The translations under genes and the position numbers were made by a program. DNA of 14,606 nucleotides from contig JARKSN010000123.1 in the NCBI GenBank assembly GCA_029974275.1, positions 1 to 14,606 of the forward strand. The letters are read 5' to 3'. Origin of the DNA: Candidatus Hydrogenedentota bacterium (GTDB lineage: Bacteria; Hydrogenedentota; Hydrogenedentia; Hydrogenedentales; SLHB01). This document shows, piece by piece, positions 10,712-14,606 of the stretch. Position 1 is the first letter of the stretch. Every line of letters starts with the position of its first letter. The notes under the pieces are model-generated. The model was given only the letters and a program-made list of their open reading frames with translations. It searched no databases and was not told where the DNA came from.

Positions 10712-12544
10712 TCAATCGACGACAAAGCCCTCCTTTTCGAGGGCCTTGGCAAGGTCGATCTTATTGATTTTCGCGTACGTGACCATCGACGAAGCCTCCA
10801 GCGGCTGGAGGAGCTTCTTGAACCAACGACGGTGCAACAGGTCCGTGATGATGAGCGGATCATCCGCCTCGAGGACATGCAACGTGCGCAGACGGACGCG
10901 CTTGACGCCGCCGCGCCAGTCATCGAGCGTGGTCATGACGTTCGGCGGAAGTTCGCCGCCTCGATTGTGGCGCAACAGAAAAGCGACGAATGCGTCGCCA
11001 TCATGGCCTTCCTGAATCGCCCGGGTGAACGATTCCTTCGAAAGACAATAGACGACGGCCCCCCCCGTGCTCTTGCGCTCGGCGAACTGGTCCAACGGAA
11101 CCGTCAACAGCGGATCCGTATCCTGCGAAGGCACCACAATGTCAAAATTCGGCTGAACCACGATCTCTGTTTCGCGCGCGGGAAATTTCGTCTCGATTCG
11201 CCCGCAATCCCCATCCGTCAACAAACAAACGCCAAGCTCCGAAATGCGAAACAGGCCGTCATCGCATGCGGAACGATCCACCACCCCAAACCAATGAAAC
11301 GTTTCCTCAAGCGAGCGGATAAGGGTTTTCTCCGCAGTGGGCGCAGTGCTGGGGCTAACGTAATGCCAGTGAGCCCCGCTGGCCTTGAGAATAGGCTGTT
11401 CATGCTTGGCGCTCACGCGCATGGCATGCTGAACAAACGGCACGACGGGATACCAAGCGCCCGGAGCGCTCTCCTCGATCAGCGCCGCCAGAATCCTGCG
11501 GGAGATCGCCTCGTTGCCCCCCTTGACCATCCAATCGAACAGAATACGATGCCGCTCGACCCGACTCATGGTGAGCAGCCCTTGGAGATCTCCCGCGCGC
11601 AGCTCGGAATCCACGCGCGCCAGCCATCCAACGCCCTGCGCCATCCATAAACACGTGCTCAACGACGGATCGGAATCCTCCGGACAAATCTCCGACAGGC
11701 GGCGATAATCCTCCCGGAACAAATCGCCATCGCCGCGCAACCGCACCGGGCGCGCCGCAATCGCCCCAATAAGACGGCATACGCGATCGGACACTTCGAT
11801 CCCCCGAGTGTCCGACTCCACCGAAACGCTCTTGAACGGCTTCAATGCTGCGCTACGGCCCTCATGAGCATGTTGGGCCTCGCGCCACTGCCGCAATTCG
11901 GCAAGCAACCCCACCATGCGCGCGAGTCGTTCCTCCGAATCAAAGCGAAACATCTCGAACAAGGCAAAGCCCCGGAACAATTCCCACAAGCCCTGTTCGA
12001 TTTCGTACTCGGAGCCCCCGTGGGCCGCGCGCAATGCGGCTACGGGTATGACGCCGTCCTTGCTTTGCCAGACGATATCGAAGAGTTCACGGGCAATGGT
12101 CGAAAAACCGCGCGTCGCGACGTACGTGACCACCGAATCGGGGTGGCTGTAATGGCGATCGACAAAATGCTCCGCGGCGGCTTTCTTTCCCAGAGGACGG
12201 TCGATGCCGGCCTGCTCCTCGAAATGGCGGAACTCGTGAGGCTCAAAGGATTTCACCTGGCGATGTATGGACGCGACATCGCCCAGATTTTCGAGGCCGT
12301 CGGTGATGCGCTTTAGCGCACTGAACCCCTCCGCGACCAGTTTCACCTTCGTCAGATCAATAAAAAACAACCGGTGGTTCACATCGACAAGGTATTCGAC
12401 TTCTTCCTCAGGCAGATCAAGCTTTTTGGCGAGAAATCGCACCGTCAGCCCCGCACGGCTGTTCACCGACAGTTCCCGCGCGATCAGAAAGGCCAGACGG
12501 CTCGTGCCCTCCATGGCCGTGATCAAACTCGCCCCATGCCGCAT
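10712..12544 (-). CDS. Helicase-associated domain protein (XPB/Ssl2 N-terminal-like, Helicase_C_3-like domain) without ATPase motifs
   Basis: The C-terminal segment IVVQPNFDIVV...LDQFAERKSTGGAVVYCLSKESFTRAIQEG...FVAFLLRHNRGGELPPNVMTTLDDW matches my recollection of PF13625. SD GAGGGG lies 5 nt before the ATG. No Walker A/B or DExH motif was seen. Confidence 0.8.
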   Translation of the reverse strand: MRHGASLITAMEGTSRLAFLIARELSVNSRAGLTVRFLAKKLDLPEEEVEYLVDVNHRLFFIDLTKVKLVAEGFSALKRITDGLENLGDVASIHRQVKSFEPHEFRHFEEQAGIDRPLGKKAAAEHFVDRHYSHPDSVVTYVATRGFSTIARELFDIVWQSKDGVIPVAALRAAHGGSEYEIEQGLWELFRGFALFEMFRFDSEERLARMVGLLAELRQWREAQHAHEGRSAALKPFKSVSVESDTRGIEVSDRVCRLIGAIAARPVRLRGDGDLFREDYRRLSEICPEDSDPSLSTCLWMAQGVGWLARVDSELRAGDLQGLLTMSRVERHRILFDWMVKGGNEAISRRILAALIEESAPGAWYPVVPFVQHAMRVSAKHEQPILKASGAHWHYVSPSTAPTAEKTLIRSLEETFHWFGVVDRSACDDGLFRISELGVCLLTDGDCGRIETKFPARETEIVVQPNFDIVVPSQDTDPLLTVPLDQFAERKSTGGAVVYCLSKESFTRAIQEGHDGDAFVAFLLRHNRGGELPPNVMTTLDDWRGGVKRVRLRTLHVLEADDPLIITDLLHRRWFKKLLQPLEASSMVTYAKINKIDLAKALEKEGFVVD

Positions 12545-12598
12545 AGCAACCCCTCACAGACGATGCCACTTCGCGCCCACGCGAGATTACGAAACCGC

Positions 12599-12627
12599 AT
12601 TATAGCCCACGAACATAGCCGTGACAA
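12599..12627 (-). promoter_or_regulatory. Near-consensus sigma70 promoter for the helicase-associated domain gene
   Basis: Minus strand TTGTCA (12627-12622), 17 nt, TATAAT (12604-12599), about 55 nt upstream of ATG 12544. Confidence 0.8.
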
Positions 12628-12698
12628 GCATCCGGATCGCGACTCTTGTGGTGGCGCCGGCGATCTGGGCGATAGGGCTTTTCCTGCTGAAGGGATAG
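12621..12698 (+). other. 25-codon hydrophobic ORF, either a small membrane protein or the 3' remnant of a membrane-protein gene
   Basis: GTG 12621 to TAG 12698 encodes MTSIRIATLVVAPAIWAIGLFLLKG. The stop overlaps the wHTH start (TAGTG). There is no obvious SD. Confidence 0.35.
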
Positions 12699-12997
12699 TG
12701 GGCTTCGACATATCACGGTCCAATCCGGTGCTGGAATCGCGGATGCGCGTGGCGATCCTCGCGCTGCTGATGAACGGAGATTCGGCCTCTTTCGTCTATC
12801 TTCGCGACAAGCTGGAGGCGTCCGACGGCAACATAGCGCGGCATCTGCGGGCGCTCGAAGATGCCGGATACGTCAGGATGGAGAAGTCATTCATCGGACG
12901 AAAACCGCGTACGGACTACACCATCACGCGAGAAGGCCAAAAGGCGATGAAGAACTACGTAGCGCTTCTGCGGCGGTTGGTCAAAGCGGAAGAATAG
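12698..12997 (+). CDS. Winged helix-turn-helix transcriptional regulator (HTH_34 / ArsR-MarR-like, 99 aa)
   Basis: Start re-called at GTG 12698 with GAAGGG upstream. The sequence NPVLESRMRVAILALL...FVYLRDKLEASDGNIARHLRALEDAGYV...KSFIGRKPRTDYTITREG is typical of this family. Confidence 0.9.
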   Translation: MGFDISRSNPVLESRMRVAILALLMNGDSASFVYLRDKLEASDGNIARHLRALEDAGYVRMEKSFIGRKPRTDYTITREGQKAMKNYVALLRRLVKAEE

Positions 12998-13043
12998 CGG
13001 CGACGAATGCAGTAAAAAGGGCGACACCGGCTGCCAGATCCAT
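12981..13043 (-). CDS. Putative 20-aa hydrophobic peptide
   Basis: SD GGGGGAG, 5 nt, ATG 13043, encoding MDLAAGVALFTAFVAAILPL. It overlaps the wHTH 3' end convergently by 17 nt. Confidence 0.35.
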   Translation of the reverse strand: MDLAAGVALFTAFVAAILPL

Positions 13044-13241
13044 AGAATCTCCCCCAAAAACAAGCAGGTGATCGCGCACCACGAGCGTTAGGAAGCGGGA
13101 CGTGATCTGCGGCTTGCCAACACGCCCCTTCTCGCAGTAGCCATGCATAATTACACAGCCGCTCGGGTCAGGAAAACAATGGTGGAGGAAACGCAACCGA
13201 CCGCATGAAGTCTCCTGGGTTGGCCGGCGCTGTTAGCGGTA

Positions 13242-14606
13242 CTATGCCAGCAGCCCGCGGAAATCCCGGTAACCTCTTGCCCCAAGCCAATTGATGAAAT
13301 CCTGTGCTTGTCTCCGGATATCCGAATCCCCACTCTCAAGACACTTCCTGAGCAAGCTGGATGCTTCGTCTTTCCATCCTAAGATTCCCCAACCCTCTGT
13401 ATCCCCTTTCACCATGGCTTCTAGACATCGAAGAGCCTTTCCGAGCAACCCTTCTGACGTATGCGCAAGATGCCGCGCCACCTCACGGCCAGGTTCCACC
13501 TTGCCTGTTAGTCGCAGCACTTCGGCAAGCTGCTCTAGTGCCCATTCTTCGTCAAAGCGCGCCGAAGCATACCAGCCACCGAATTCACCAAGCTCTCCTG
13601 CGAATTCGGCAATGGTGGGTGCCCGCTTCGCATGTTCCAACCTCGTGTGCCAGAGGTCCCGAAGCCTATCCAAGGTTTCCTCTGCCCCTTCTCCGTAGGC
13701 ACATTGGGCAAATTCAGCAGCGGTGGACATAGCCGAAGTCCTCAATGCGCCCCATGCCCTGTCGAAGAACTCAGCCAGAATCTGGCGCCTTCTGTCGGTA
13801 TCGAGGGCTCCCCACGCATAAACGGATATGAGGTGTTCGGCCAAACGCGGCTCAGGTTGGAATCGGTGATAACTCTCGTCGCGCTCGTGCAATTCTGAAA
13901 CTGCTAGTGAGTAGACATCTTCCAGTACATCAAAGACATCACGATAAGGCCTGCAAAACACAACAAAGGTATTCCACGCCACGCGCTGGAGTTCGTCTCG
14001 TGTTGTCGGTCCGCCAAAAATACGCCTTGAAAGACCACTTGCCCACTGCCGGTCGAGCCACATGAGCTGTGGATACCAATGTCCATAGACAGATCTCACA
14101 GCGGAGGACGGATCCACAATCGGATCGAGATGACGTTCGAGCACCTCTCTTGCCTCGGGCATTTCATCAATCCAGCCGGAGGTCTTTGAAGAATAACGAG
14201 AATCCCTTTCGAGATTGTGCCGAACCCACAGCACGTATCCAACAGTAGAATGCAGGGCTTGCCCGCGCGTTACGTTCAAGGAACGGTCTGCAGCATCATA
14301 TTGACTTCCAGCGCACTCCGCATCTTGTTCAAGCGTCGGATCGGGATCTTCACACAGAGTCGCCAGCAGTTCCCACACGGATTGCCGCAAGCGAAAAGGT
14401 ATCTCTACCTCGTTATCATGAAACCCGTAGCCAAGAAGTGAAGCAATAGTCTTGCGCGTCCAGCACCACCCAGGATCACGGTCTCCCGAAGCCTGTGCTC
14501 GGTCTGGCTCCGAGCCATGCGTCTCAATAACCCATCTAGCCAGTGCTAAAGGAGCCTCCCAGTCGAAAGGCTTCTTACTGCGTGCAGCCTGTTCAAACCC
14601 TTGTAG
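13242..14606 (-). CDS. C-terminal part (454 aa visible) of a large, mostly alpha-helical hypothetical protein, 5' end outside the window
   Basis: The frame stays open from the window end (LQGFEQAARSKKPFDWEAPLALARW...DRDPGWCWTRKTIASLL) into track ORF 13242..14390. It has Trp-rich amphipathic helices, lower GC and atypical codons. Confidence 0.85.
   Translation of the reverse strand, partial: LQGFEQAARSKKPFDWEAPLALARWVIETHGSEPDRAQASGDRDPGWCWTRKTIASLLGYGFHDNEVEIPFRLRQSVWELLATLCEDPDPTLEQDAECAGSQYDAADRSLNVTRGQALHSTVGYVLWVRHNLERDSRYSSKTSGWIDEMPEAREVLERHLDPIVDPSSAVRSVYGHWYPQLMWLDRQWASGLSRRIFGGPTTRDELQRVAWNTFVVFCRPYRDVFDVLEDVYSLAVSELHERDESYHRFQPEPRLAEHLISVYAWGALDTDRRRQILAEFFDRAWGALRTSAMSTAAEFAQCAYGEGAEETLDRLRDLWHTRLEHAKRAPTIAEFAGELGEFGGWYASARFDEEWALEQLAEVLRLTGKVEPGREVARHLAHTSEGLLGKALRCLEAMVKGDTEGWGILGWKDEASSLLRKCLESGDSDIRRQAQDFINWLGARGYRDFRGLLA

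Noticed and set aside
10712..12544. Calling the 610-aa protein a helicase
   Set aside because: It has no Walker A, DExD/H or other SF2 motifs, only the accessory domain.
12374..12697. 108-codon N-terminal extension of the wHTH regulator
   Set aside because: It overlaps the divergent gene and its promoter. The family domain begins at GTG 12698, which has an SD.

Overview
GC-rich bacterial chromosomal window that is mostly housekeeping. From left to right it holds: (-) a translationally coupled three-gene ECF module (ECF sigma, single-TM anti-sigma, secreted hypothetical protein) with a candidate autoregulatory promoter; (+) a GT4 glycosyltransferase; (+) the gltBD glutamate synthase operon behind a sigma70-like promoter and a ~200-nt hairpin-rich leader; a 13-bp terminator-like hairpin; (-) a stand-alone murB; (-) a 610-aa protein with an XPB-associated (Helicase_C_3-like) domain but no helicase motor; (+) a small winged-helix regulator flanked on both sides by tiny hydrophobic ORFs; and (-) the C-terminal 454 aa of a compositionally foreign, mostly helical protein running off the window end, probably the edge of an acquired island. 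The best leads are the structured gltB leader with a Gln-terminated uORF coupled to gltB, the motor-less XPB-partner-like protein, the micro-ORFs around the wHTH gene and the foreign ORF. All family assignments come from motif recognition by eye. No database searches or folding calculations were run.
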